Source: Dehalococcoidia bacterium
GTDB taxonomy: Bacteria > Chloroflexota > Dehalococcoidia > GIF9 > AB-539-J10
Assembly: GCA_030602785.1 (NCBI GenBank)
Contig: JAUVZB010000007.1
Span: forward strand, 1,420 to 65,419
Direction: 5' to 3'
Length of the DNA: 64,000 bases
Positions 49,440 to 58,921 of the stretch are shown here, in pieces; within the stretch, counting starts at the first letter, position 1; every line of letters begins with the position of its first letter. A program made the translations under genes and the position numbers. The notes beneath the pieces were generated by a model. It was not told where the DNA came from. It saw only the letters and a list, made by a program, of their open reading frames with translations, and did no database searches.

Positions 49440-50644
49440 GCTCCGAACTTGTTGAGTTTCAGCGCGTTCGCCATCGCGAGCGGCATCAACTCGGGGGCGT
49501 GAAATTGCCCCAGACCACCCCGCAGACAAGCCTGCTCTGAGAACTCGGCCACTTCGTCGGTCCTGCAGTAGAGCGCACTCAGCACCACCGGCACAGGGTG
49601 CCAACTGTGCATTGCGAGTCCCGCCGGCGTTGAGTGATCACCGGTCACGATGAACACATCGGGCTTCAGGTCGAGGAGGGCCGGCAGAGCGGCATCCAGC
49701 TCCTCCACCGCCTTCACCTTCGCGTCGAAATCGCCGTCCTCGCCCCGCGCGTCCGTCTTCTTGTAGTGGACGAAGAAGTAGTCGTAGCTGTCATAGTTCC
49801 GGCGCAGCGCCTCGATTTCGTCCTGTAGCGTCTCGCCAACCGGCAGTATGTCCATGCCCACGACGCGAGAGACGCCGCGGTACATGGGATAGGTGGCGAT
49901 ACAGGCCGGCGTGAGGCGGTAGATGTCGCGGAGCGAGGGATAGTCCGGGCGCTGAGAGAAACCCCTCAGCAGGAGCATGTTGGCGGGGAGGCTGTCCTTC
50001 AGCAGCTCGCAGGCCTGCTCGATGAACGAGTTCGCGACAAGGGCCGTCCTGCGGCCCGTGGAGTCAAGCGCCTGTGCCGGCAGAGGCTCCATTCCCTCGT
50101 GTTGAGGGTCGGTATCTGCCACCTCCTGTGACAGTCCCTCACCCCGGAGACGTATGACGAAGCGGTGCTCCTTCCCCGGGAAGAGAGCAATCTCGATATC
50201 CTCCACCTTCACGCCCTCGTTCAGCAGGTCGCACAGCTCGTGGTTGAGCTCGGTTGCCAGGCGTCCTGCCCTGCGGTCGGAGATGAGGCCCGAGTCGTCC
50301 ACCGTGCAGTAATTGCCGCGGGCGACAACGTCGCCCGGTCCCACTTCGATATCCAGGCCGAGCGCCTCCACTATGCCCCGGCCGAACTGGTACTTCACGG
50401 GGTCATAGCCGAAGAGAGACATGTGGCCCGGGGCGCTACCGGGGGTGATGCCCTGGCTCACCGGGTGCAGCATGCCACAGATGCCCTCCCGCGCGACACG
50501 GTCGAGGTTCGGGCTGTGTGCTGTCTCAAGCTCGGTCCTGCCTGTCTCCGGGTGAGGCAAGCCGCCGACACCGTCTATGACCAGGAGGACTATCTTTGAT
50601 GGAGTCACCCGGGCAAGTTTGCGTATCTCGTTGAATCCAATCAT
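49436..50644 (-). CDS. apgM: Cofactor-independent phosphoglycerate mutase, archaeal type (ApgM family)
   Basis: KIVLLVIDGVGG...TGDHSTP. Start uncertain: ATG 50644, or TTG 50683 as in the track. Confidence 0.75.
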   Translation of the reverse strand: MIGFNEIRKLARVTPSKIVLLVIDGVGGLPHPETGRTELETAHSPNLDRVAREGICGMLHPVSQGITPGSAPGHMSLFGYDPVKYQFGRGIVEALGLDIEVGPGDVVARGNYCTVDDSGLISDRRAGRLATELNHELCDLLNEGVKVEDIEIALFPGKEHRFVIRLRGEGLSQEVADTDPQHEGMEPLPAQALDSTGRRTALVANSFIEQACELLKDSLPANMLLLRGFSQRPDYPSLRDIYRLTPACIATYPMYRGVSRVVGMDILPVGETLQDEIEALRRNYDSYDYFFVHYKKTDARGEDGDFDAKVKAVEELDAALPALLDLKPDVFIVTGDHSTPAGLAMHSWHPVPVVLSALYCRTDEVAEFSEQACLRGGLGQFHAPELMPLAMANALKLNKFGA

Positions 50645-50715
50645 CTGCCTTACATTGTAGACACTTCGTCGCAACGTTGACAATGCGGAGCGTTCGCCCG
50701 TAGTATGCTCGCGCC

Positions 50716-51696
50716 ATGAATGAGACCGAACAGAATGAACGAGTTCTTGCCATCGACATAGGAGGCACGAAGACAGCGGCCGCGCTCGTTGACGGCGCAG
50801 GCAGAGTGCTTTCGCGGGGGCGCGTTGCGACGCCGGACACTGACGACCCGATTGTGCTGGTGGAAGCGGTGGGTGGTCTGGCGCAGCAGGTGCTTGGCGC
50901 TGCCGGAGCCGCTATCGCTGATGTAAGCGCGGTGGGTGTCTCGTGCGCGGGTATCATTGACACGCAGAAGGGAGTCGTCGTGTTCTCCCCGAACATCCCC
51001 TCGCTGCGGCGTACGCCACTCAGGAGCATGCTTTCGGAACGCCTTGGAATGCCGGTGCGGGTCGGGAACGATGCGACGCTTGCGGCACTTGGCGAGTGGC
51101 AGTTCGGGCTCAACCGGGCGGTGGCTGACCTGGTCTACATCACGGTGAGCACCGGCATCGGTGGGGGCATAGTAGCGGGAGGAAAGCTCTACGAAGGCTC
51201 CTGTGGGGCCGCCGGCGAAGTGGGGCACATGGTCATAGACGTGAATGGGCCTGAGTGCCCGTGCGGAAGACATGGTTGCTGGGAATCGCTCGCATCCGGG
51301 CGGGCGCTCGCGGAGCGGACGGCTCTGCGCATCGAGGAAGGAGAGGCCAGCTCGATAGGCGAGCTTGTGGGGGGAGACCTCGGGAAGATAGACGCACAGC
51401 TCGTGTCCATCGCAGCGCAGCAGGGCGATGCCCTGGCGCAGGAGATGATAGCGACGACCGCGTTCTACGTTGGCGTGGGGCTGGCCAACCTCATCAACCT
51501 GTTCAATCCGTCGCTGATTCTCATCGGTGGAGGGTTGTCGAAGATAGGCGAGGCACTACTGGGCCCCGCGGCGGCGGTGGCGAAAGAACGGGCCTATGTG
51601 GCCGATGCCTGTGATGTGGAGATACGCAGCGCGTTGCTGGGGGACGACTCTCCGCTGCTCGGCGCCGCGGCGCTTGCGATGGGGCGCATCGCGTGA
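50716..51696 (+). CDS. ROK-family sugar kinase (glucokinase-like)
   Basis: LAIDIGGTKT and the zinc motif CPCGRHGCWE. Confidence 0.8.
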   Translation: MNETEQNERVLAIDIGGTKTAAALVDGAGRVLSRGRVATPDTDDPIVLVEAVGGLAQQVLGAAGAAIADVSAVGVSCAGIIDTQKGVVVFSPNIPSLRRTPLRSMLSERLGMPVRVGNDATLAALGEWQFGLNRAVADLVYITVSTGIGGGIVAGGKLYEGSCGAAGEVGHMVIDVNGPECPCGRHGCWESLASGRALAERTALRIEEGEASSIGELVGGDLGKIDAQLVSIAAQQGDALAQEMIATTAFYVGVGLANLINLFNPSLILIGGGLSKIGEALLGPAAAVAKERAYVADACDVEIRSALLGDDSPLLGAAALAMGRIA

Positions 51697-51779
51697 ATTC
51701 GGGGAGACTCCAGGGCTGTTGTGGGGAAATCCCGTTTCTGGCAGAATAGACTGAGCATGGTGTAGAGGAGGTAAGGACA

Positions 51780-51917
51780 GTGCCGTTTGGAGCAGGACTC
51801 GTATTTGGTATTGCCAGCCTTGTGTTCGGGATTGTTGTTTTGCTTTTCCCCAAGATTCTGAACTATCTCGTTGGTATCTACTTGATTATCGTCGGGCTTA
51901 TCGCGATTCTGTTCTAG
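51780..51917 (+). CDS. DUF3096-family small membrane protein (45 aa)
   Basis: GTG start 8 nt after AGGAGG. Peptide VPFGAGLVFGIASLVFGIVVLLFPKILNYLVGIYLIIVGLIAILF matches the DUF3096 consensus. Absent from the ORF track (under 60 aa). Confidence 0.55.
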   Translation: MPFGAGLVFGIASLVFGIVVLLFPKILNYLVGIYLIIVGLIAILF

Positions 51918-52061
51918 TTGAGGAGGGCCGCCAGCCTTGCCCACACGATGCCTCTCCGTCGGCAGTCCGCCGGCGCAGGGGCATTATTGCTATGTTTGAA
52001 AAGCCAGGTGTCCCGTGATACAAGAACCAATTGCCGGAGGAGAGAGACAGGAGGTCCACCC

Positions 52062-52361
52062 ATGGCGATGTATATGACTATGGTGAGGTTCACGCACCAA
52101 GAGGCGAAGAGTATCTCCAACTTCTGCAAGGAGTGGCAGGAGAGCGCTAAACGAATCGAAGGCAGCGGAATCAAGCTCATCGGCTCGTACGGCATACTGG
52201 GACCATACGATATGGCCTTCGTGTTTGAGGCGCCCGACCAGGAAAAGGCAGCGAGTGTGCCTCTGGCCATCTCGTATCTCGACCCCGGCATCCAGACCGA
52301 GACGTGGTCTGTCATTCCGATGGAGCAGTTCGCCGAGCTGGCGGATAGCGTGAAGTGCTAG
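52062..52361 (+). CDS. GYD-domain protein
   Basis: MAMYMTMVRFTHQEAK...GIKLIGSYGILGPYDMAFVFEAPD is typical of the GYD family (about 100 aa). AGGAGG SD before the ATG at 52062. Confidence 0.65.
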   Translation: MAMYMTMVRFTHQEAKSISNFCKEWQESAKRIEGSGIKLIGSYGILGPYDMAFVFEAPDQEKAASVPLAISYLDPGIQTETWSVIPMEQFAELADSVKC

Positions 52362-52425
52362 CGAATGCCACAGGCCCGTTCGAGATGAGGGCCGCGGCCG
52401 CGCTACCTATCAACGGCATCGAGCC

Positions 52426-52827
52426 ATGAACTACTTCGCGTATGGCTCAAACTTGAGCACACGCCAGATGCAGCAGCGCTGCCCGGGAGCGAAACGCCGC
52501 TTCAGCGCGAGGCTTCCGAACTACACGCTCGTCTTCACGGGTGGCTCGCGGAGCCGGCAGGGTGGCACTGCGACGGTACGCCTCCAGAGGGGAGAGAAGG
52601 TCCTGGGAGGCGTGTACGAGATAGACGAGAAGTGCCTTCGTTCGCTCGACCGGCACGAGGGGTATCCGACCATCTACGACCGGATGAGCGTCATCGTGTT
52701 CAACGACATGGGTGACGCCATCGAGGCGGTCATGTACTACAAGAAGGAGCGGGCAGCCGAACTGGCTCCGTCACGCGAGTACCTCGCCGTGATTCGCGAG
52801 GGTTTCGAGGATTGGGGCCTCATCTAG
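52426..52827 (+). CDS. Gamma-glutamylcyclotransferase-like (AIG2/GGCT family)
   Basis: YFAYGSNL N-terminal motif and a catalytic Glu region. Confidence 0.65.
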   Translation: MNYFAYGSNLSTRQMQQRCPGAKRRFSARLPNYTLVFTGGSRSRQGGTATVRLQRGEKVLGGVYEIDEKCLRSLDRHEGYPTIYDRMSVIVFNDMGDAIEAVMYYKKERAAELAPSREYLAVIREGFEDWGLI

Positions 52828-52902
52828 GGCTGGCAAGATTGTGAGGGCGGGGTGCCCGCCGCTGGTCTGCGGCGGCGCGCCCCGCGTCTTGTTCGGCCTT
52901 TC

Positions 52903-54060
52903 CTATGAGGCGGGGACGACTCTCCAGATGTCCTGAGCACAGGTGTAGCCGAGTATCTCGCTCTGCGTCTTCCGCCCGTTCGCGACCTCGAGCATGAAGT
53001 TGAACAGGTCCTGGCCCACCGCGTCGATGTCGGTGAGTGCCCACTCGATATCCACGAGGTAGTCAAGCAGGTCGGGGTACTTCCGGAAGTGGTCCTTCCG
53101 TGCCGTTATCTTGATGACGGGTACCCAGGGGAAGCCGTAGGGCGCCGCCCCCTCCGTCGAGTAAGTCATTATGTTGCAGCCGCCGGCGGCGAGGCCAGTG
53201 ACCGACATCATGTCGTTGCCGGGCGTGTTCATGAACCACATGCCCTTGCCTTCCGGTATCTCAGCGTAGTCGACCACCTCGGTGAGTGGGGTGGTTCCGC
53301 CCTTGTGGATGGCGCCAAGCGCCTTCTCCTCGATGGAGCTGATTCCGTCTTCGACGTTCTGCGCGTCGGGGTTCGCCCGCAGGAAGTCCATGCCGGACGA
53401 TTTCAGCCACTCCTCGAAGTCGACGACGACCTTGATCATCTTCTGCTTGACCTCGTCATTGACTGCTCTGGCCGCGATGATATGTTCTGCGCCGATGACC
53501 TCCGGGCTCTCGCTGAAGCCGCCGTTGCCACCGTATTTGATGACAAGGTCGAGTGCGTGTCCCTGTGCTGCGTTCGTGACCGCACCCGAGAGGGGCGTTG
53601 AGCCGCCGCACTCGACGCCATGGCGCAGCTTTGATAACGGCATGGGCTCACGCCGGATGCGCGAGGCATCCGACGCCATCTTGCGCACGGAGTCGATGCC
53701 CCGATGGACAGCGACCATCACGCCGCCCTCCGTGTGGACTTTGCATACGTCAACAGGCTTGCCTGTGCTCGCGATTCGCCCGGCAATGCCGTCGGGATCG
53801 GAGTCGGCACAGTCCGGCCCGACGATGAGGACGCCGTGCAGGTTCGGGTTCCTGCCAAGGTTGACGAGAGCTCGCTCCACGACCTCCTTGTCAGGAGGGA
53901 TGAGCCCACAGACCTGCTTGTGGGTGAAGAGCTTGCAGTCCTGTACGGCGTTCGCTATCCACATGCCCGGGTCATTGGCGCACGCCGCGCTGACGATGAC
54001 TCCGATATGGTTTCTAGTGCCTGCTGTGCCGTCCGGTCTTGGATATCCCCAGAATTCCAT
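52903..54060 (-). CDS. UxaA-family sugar-acid dehydratase, large (catalytic) subunit
   Basis: Altronate/galactarate dehydratase C-terminal domain. 385 aa. Confidence 0.7.
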   Translation of the reverse strand: MEFWGYPRPDGTAGTRNHIGVIVSAACANDPGMWIANAVQDCKLFTHKQVCGLIPPDKEVVERALVNLGRNPNLHGVLIVGPDCADSDPDGIAGRIASTGKPVDVCKVHTEGGVMVAVHRGIDSVRKMASDASRIRREPMPLSKLRHGVECGGSTPLSGAVTNAAQGHALDLVIKYGGNGGFSESPEVIGAEHIIAARAVNDEVKQKMIKVVVDFEEWLKSSGMDFLRANPDAQNVEDGISSIEEKALGAIHKGGTTPLTEVVDYAEIPEGKGMWFMNTPGNDMMSVTGLAAGGCNIMTYSTEGAAPYGFPWVPVIKITARKDHFRKYPDLLDYLVDIEWALTDIDAVGQDLFNFMLEVANGRKTQSEILGYTCAQDIWRVVPAS

Positions 54061-54072
54061 CGGTCCCTCCTC

Positions 54073-54366
54073 TCACGCCTTCGATGCGGCCTTTATTCGA
54101 AGGCCGACCATGTTGTGGATGTGAACGTGCTCGCCCACGCGTATGTCCGCGGTGGCCTCGCCGATAACCTGCCCGTATTTCAGCACCTTCTCCCCCTTCT
54201 TGATGGGGGTGACGCAGAACTTGTGCTGGTAGGTTATGGGCTCGACGAGCTTCACGTAGCGCAGCTCGCTCCCTGCCTTCAGGTCCAATTCCTTGCCCTC
54301 AGGCAGATCGGTGACTGACACAGCCGTGTTGTCCGTCGGGTGCAGTATGATTGCCTCGATAGCCAT
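54073..54366 (-). CDS. UxaA-family dehydratase, small SAF-domain subunit
   Basis: 97 aa SAF-like beta-clip domain immediately upstream of the large subunit (split-gene arrangement). Confidence 0.6.
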   Translation of the reverse strand: MAIEAIILHPTDNTAVSVTDLPEGKELDLKAGSELRYVKLVEPITYQHKFCVTPIKKGEKVLKYGQVIGEATADIRVGEHVHIHNMVGLRIKAASKA

Positions 54367-54393
54367 ACACTCCCTCCTTCCTTCGCTCTCGCG

Positions 54394-55515
54394 TCAGGAG
54401 ACGCGGAACCTGTCCACGGTATTCTCGTCGAGGTCGATACCCAGTCCGGGGCCTTCCGGTATGTGGACATAACCCTCGGCATCTATCTCCATCTTCTGCT
54501 TCGTCAAATCCCACCGCATCGGAGTCTCTTCAACGCAGTACTCGAGGACAAATGTCGACTTGCGGGCGGCCAGGAACTGCAGGCCCGCGGCAAGGTTGAT
54601 GCCGGTCGTGTAGAAGTGGTTGACCACACGGAGACTCCTGTCCTCGATGAAGTCGGCGATGCGCATCGCCTCGGTGAATCCGTTGCGGGCGAGGTCTATC
54701 TGGGCGATGTGGATGCCGCCGCGCTCGATGAGGTCGCGCCATGCATACCGGCCGGCGTCGCCCTCTCCCGCCGCAATCGGTATGCGGGAGCTGTTGCTGA
54801 GTTGCATGTAGCCATCGAGGTTGTCCTGCTGCAGCGGCTCCTCGAGCCAGAGGATGCCGAAGTCCTCGAACTGCCGTGCCCGGCGGATAGCCGTTATCGT
54901 GTCCCAGCAGCAGCCGGCGTCGATGAGCACGTCGTTGTCGGGCCCGACGCCGCGGCGTGCGCCCTCGACGAGGTTGAGGTCCACCTTCTCGCTCTCGCCC
55001 ATTGGCGCCCAGCCGAACTTGACGGCGGTGTAGCCCTTGCTGACCCACTTGCGGCCTATCTCGGCTGTCTCGTCGCCGTCGCGGCCGAAGAGGATACTCG
55101 CGTAGGCTCGAATCTTCTTGTGGAATGCGCCGCCAAGGAGCTGGTGCACAGGTTTCCCGTAGTACTTGCCGGCGAGGTCCCAGAGAGCCATGTCGATGCC
55201 GCCCATCGCGTGGATGACGACGCCTCTCCTGCCGTAGTAGAAGGTCGCCTGGTACATCTTCTCCCAAAGGACGCGCATGTCGAGCGGGTCCTCCCCGATG
55301 AGCAGGCGACCGAGTCCCGACGTGACTGAGTGACTGAAGGGCGCTTCGATGGCCGCTTTCGCCACGCGCGATGACGAGTCAATCTCACCGATACCGGTGA
55401 TGCCCTCGTCCGTGTGAATCTTGACGATGAGCGCGTCCTGTCCTGAGGAGCACTTGTCGACAATGTCCTCCTCGGGCAGTCGTAGCTCGATTGCCTCGAT
55501 ACTCGTAATCTTCAT
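54394..55515 (-). CDS. Enolase-superfamily dehydratase (mandelate racemase/muconate lactonising enzyme family)
   Basis: Capping domain plus TIM barrel with KxK (TAVKFGW), metal ligands D...E...D (IDAGCCWD, LWLEEP) and a His region. Confidence 0.75.
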   Translation of the reverse strand: MKITSIEAIELRLPEEDIVDKCSSGQDALIVKIHTDEGITGIGEIDSSSRVAKAAIEAPFSHSVTSGLGRLLIGEDPLDMRVLWEKMYQATFYYGRRGVVIHAMGGIDMALWDLAGKYYGKPVHQLLGGAFHKKIRAYASILFGRDGDETAEIGRKWVSKGYTAVKFGWAPMGESEKVDLNLVEGARRGVGPDNDVLIDAGCCWDTITAIRRARQFEDFGILWLEEPLQQDNLDGYMQLSNSSRIPIAAGEGDAGRYAWRDLIERGGIHIAQIDLARNGFTEAMRIADFIEDRSLRVVNHFYTTGINLAAGLQFLAARKSTFVLEYCVEETPMRWDLTKQKMEIDAEGYVHIPEGPGLGIDLDENTVDRFRVS

Positions 55516-55575
55516 GCCTTCCCCCCCTTGTGATGCCCGTACACAGAACGGGGCCCGTCTCCGGGCCCCTGGCAG

Positions 55576-56241
55576 CTACAGAACGCCGTATTTCTTGTAC
55601 ACGTCGCCCAGGAGCGCTCCCGTGAGCAACTCATCCCGGACTGTGTCCTCCGCGCTTGCTTTCTCCAGTGCCAGCTTGATGGCTTCCTGCTCTATGGCCC
55701 TGGGGATGACGATGACACCGTCGATGTCCGCGAGAACGATGTCCCCCTCATTGACCAGCACGTCACCGCACATGACGGGACGGCCGTATTCAAGAACGAT
55801 ACTCCTGCCCATGGAGTCGAGTGGCCTTGTGCCCGTTGCGAACAAGGGGAACTTCATCTCCGCTATTCTGACTACGTCTCTCACGTAGCCGTCAACGATT
55901 GCGCCGCGCGCTCCCCTGGCTCGCGAGGCGGTCGAGAGCAGTTCCCCCCAGAGGGCCGTCTCAGTCGAGCAGTTGGTGCCGCCGACAAGCACGTCATTTG
56001 GCTTCAGAGTATCGACAGCTTCTATCTCCATCGCGTAGTGGTTCTCTTTCGTCTCATAGATATCCACGCTCAGGCATGTGTGTGCCCTGCCGGCAACGAC
56101 AGCACCCGGCCACATCGGGTCGACGTCGGCGCGCATCGCCTGGTTCCTGTAGCCGAGCTTGTCGAGCACGTCGCAGATGACAGAAGAGTAGAGCTTCTGC
56201 TCCATCGTGTCGAAGAGTTCCTTTTCGTTCTTGAAGTCCAT
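55576..56241 (-). CDS. RraA-family protein (4-hydroxy-2-oxoacid aldolase-like / RNase E regulator-like), copy 1
   Basis: 221 aa. RraA/DlpA family (GDVLVNEGDIVLADIDGVIVIP). Confidence 0.7.
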   Translation of the reverse strand: MDFKNEKELFDTMEQKLYSSVICDVLDKLGYRNQAMRADVDPMWPGAVVAGRAHTCLSVDIYETKENHYAMEIEAVDTLKPNDVLVGGTNCSTETALWGELLSTASRARGARGAIVDGYVRDVVRIAEMKFPLFATGTRPLDSMGRSIVLEYGRPVMCGDVLVNEGDIVLADIDGVIVIPRAIEQEAIKLALEKASAEDTVRDELLTGALLGDVYKKYGVL

Positions 56242-56712
56242 TTCGATTCACTCCTTTTCCCGAGACTGGCTGTCGTTGCAGGGAAGGCCATAGGGGGTCG
56301 ATGGGGCGGCCAAGAGAGAAGCCTGCACCCGAAGTCTATTCAGGTGTTGTAGGGGCGTCAACACCGAGGGAGAGGGATACAGGAACGGGCAAGCAGGTAT
56401 GCGGTCGAGTCAGGCACGTGCGGGCAGACTCGATTCTTCGCGGCTGCGAATGAGACCCTGCCCTGGCGCAACCGGGTGGTTGTGCACTGGCTCGATAGGG
56501 GTCCTGACGCCGTGTGGGGCGGTGTCCATTTATCAGCACGGCACCCTGATTCGAGCGAGGCTTCAGGCTGAGAGGGTCGCGGCTGGAGGGACGTTCGTTG
56601 GCCGGGCACCTTCTCGGCAGCAACGGCTCCATTGCACCTGCTCCGTCAGTCTGAACGCCGACCCGCTGCGTGAAGCAGAATGGTGGCAGGGGCCGTTTCC
56701 GGCCCCGGACAG

Positions 56713-57378
56713 CTACAGAACGCCGTGTCTTTTCCAGACCTCGCCGAGCATCGCTCCCTCGAGGAGCTCGTCGCGGACGGTGTCCTCCGCGCTTGCTTTC
56801 TCCAATGCCAGCTTGATGGCCTCCTGCTCTATGTCCTTGGGGATGACGATGACTCCGTCGATGTCCGCGAGGACGATGTCACCCTCATTGACCAGCACCT
56901 CGCCGCACATGACGGGACGGCCGTATTCAAGAACGATACTCCTGCCCATTGAGTCAAGGGGTCTTGTGCCCGTCGCGAACACGGGGAATTCCATCTTCCG
57001 TATCATGACGAGGTCGCGTGTGTACCCATCAATGATGGCACCCCGCGCGCCGCGGGCGCGTGAGGCGGTCGACAGCAGTTCGCCCCAGAGGGCCGTCTCG
57101 GTCGAGGAGTTGGTGCCGGCGACAAATACATCGTTCGGTTTCAGGGAGTCCACGGCCGCAATCTCGTTCTCGTAGTTGTCTTCCTTCACCTCGTAGATGT
57201 CTGCGCTGAGGCAAGTGTGCGCCCTGCCCGCGACCACCGCTCCGGGCCACATCGGGTCTATGTCGGCGCGCATCGCCTGGTGCCTGTAGCCGAGCTTGTC
57301 CATCACATCGGAGATGACCGAGGAATAGAGTTTCCGCTCCATGGTGTCGAATAGCTCTTTGTCATCCTGAAAACACAT
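56713..57378 (-). CDS. RraA-family protein, copy 2 (tandem paralog)
   Basis: 221 aa, about 85% identical to copy 1. Leader and downstream hairpin are also duplicated. Confidence 0.7.
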   Translation of the reverse strand: MCFQDDKELFDTMERKLYSSVISDVMDKLGYRHQAMRADIDPMWPGAVVAGRAHTCLSADIYEVKEDNYENEIAAVDSLKPNDVFVAGTNSSTETALWGELLSTASRARGARGAIIDGYTRDLVMIRKMEFPVFATGTRPLDSMGRSIVLEYGRPVMCGEVLVNEGDIVLADIDGVIVIPKDIEQEAIKLALEKASAEDTVRDELLEGAMLGEVWKRHGVL

Positions 57379-57629
57379 TCCGTTCTTCTCCTTCCTTCGG
57401 GCTGCTATCTGTGCTCAGCACGGTGTTATTTGAGACGGTCTGCCTTGTTCGTATTGCGTCTTTCACTCTGAGACCCAGGTCTCGTGCCCCAAGAATGGTC
57501 TATCGGCGCTGGCCCTGGGCATCAACCCCACGCCTTCATTACCTACGTTTCTGCACCACCGCCCTTGGGCACCAGAAGCACTCTCCCGTTGAGGACACTT
57601 GATTGTGTACCGCGCGGGCATTGCCGCTC

Positions 57630-58712
57630 TCAGACAAATGTCAGGAACCGCGCGGGATTCTTGACGATGATGGTCTCAACCTGCTCGCGCGTAAGGCCCC
57701 GGACTAGCAGCAGGGGCACGATGTTCTCTAGGATGTGCGCATAACCGGGGCCGCCCCAATTCCAAAGCCGATGCTTGCTGCAATGGTCGTGTGAAATCAG
57801 TATCTGGTCGATGAACCCGGCGTCAACAAGCTGAACGATCTCCGCCACGCGTGCCGCATCGTTGGGCACCTCCACTGGCACAGGGTTCTCCTCGGAGAGA
57901 ACGTGACGGGTCTGGTGCCAGCCCTCAAAGGAGAACATGTCGTACTCGAGGTAGCATCCCGTCCTCGCCAGTTCAACACGCATGTCGTGCAAGAAGACAG
58001 TGCGATCGATGTGACTGATGGCGACCCGCGTTACGTCCGCCCCGTGTTTCTCTAGGTAGCGCACGATTTCAAGAGGCGAAACCGGGCTGTGTCCAGGATG
58101 GATGTTGACCGGAGCGCCAGTCGTTGCCTGCGCCTGTGCCGCCGCCCTCAATGCCATGTGGCACCCGGCTGTCATGGGCCTTTCGGGACCAAACCGCTCA
58201 ATGCCTATCTCCCCGATAATGCCGGCACGAATACCGGTGCCGTCCGCCCCGTCTGTGATGTCCCCAACGATGCTTTCGACCATCCCTTCTTCTGAAAGGC
58301 CTTTCGGCCAAAGTGGTTCAAGGTAGTAGCCGCAGCCCATCACAATCTGCAGGCCCGTAGCCCGCGAAATCCGTGCTAGAGCCTCCGGGTCACGGCCGAG
58401 TCCATGGTTGGACATGTCGACGAGAGACTGTCCGCCGAACTGCCTGTATCGTGTCAATTCCCTGATCGCCACGCGCTCATCTAGCATCACCCAGTTGTCT
58501 CTACTGTTGTATGGGTGGTAGCGCACCCATCCGAGGTTCTTGAGAGAGACTGGCTCGTAGGCTCTGAAGCGCTCGCCCGACCTCTCGGGCTCGGCGAACC
58601 ACATCGCGAGGTCGAAGAGACAGTGCTCGTGAGGCAGCGTCACTCCAAGGCGCTCAGTCTCTATCGCTCCAAGCACCGTCTGGACTCTGCCTCGCATCTT
58701 GTGAGTCGACAT
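57630..58712 (-). CDS. Phosphotriesterase-family (PTE/Php-like) hydrolase, probable lactonase
   Basis: TLPHEHCLFD binuclear-metal HxH motif. Start at MSTHKMRGRV with GAGGAAGAG SD. The long N-terminus in the track ORF is spurious. Confidence 0.75.
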   Translation of the reverse strand: MSTHKMRGRVQTVLGAIETERLGVTLPHEHCLFDLAMWFAEPERSGERFRAYEPVSLKNLGWVRYHPYNSRDNWVMLDERVAIRELTRYRQFGGQSLVDMSNHGLGRDPEALARISRATGLQIVMGCGYYLEPLWPKGLSEEGMVESIVGDITDGADGTGIRAGIIGEIGIERFGPERPMTAGCHMALRAAAQAQATTGAPVNIHPGHSPVSPLEIVRYLEKHGADVTRVAISHIDRTVFLHDMRVELARTGCYLEYDMFSFEGWHQTRHVLSEENPVPVEVPNDAARVAEIVQLVDAGFIDQILISHDHCSKHRLWNWGGPGYAHILENIVPLLLVRGLTREQVETIIVKNPARFLTFV

Positions 58713-58921
58713 CTGTTCCTCCTCCCTTTTGCAAAGGTATCTTGTTGGCGCTGCCTCGACGCAAGACCGCTTCTCTGAGCACAAAATGAGATTGAAGTCT
58801 CCAAGGCCTGCCCTGCAACCCGACATCGCACTCATGCCCGCGTGGCAATGTGCAGGGCCCACGTATGACTGGCTTCCATGGGCGGCACGTCCAAAGAATG
58901 GAAACCCCCGACATTCGAAAC

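Noticed and set aside
45516-49604. Several long minus-strand ORFs (45516..46718, 46884..48215, 48387..49604) opposite rnj and ftsK
   Set aside because: All antisense to strongly supported genes. Their translations are low-complexity.
54340-55329. 329-aa plus-strand ORF antisense to the enolase-superfamily dehydratase
   Set aside because: Antisense artefact. The minus-strand gene has canonical enolase-superfamily motifs.
55540-55575. GGGGCCCG-tctc-CGGGCCCC hairpins downstream of each RraA-like gene, considered as terminators
   Set aside because: GC-rich stems without a U-tract. Left unannotated as terminators. Relevant only as part of the duplicated unit.
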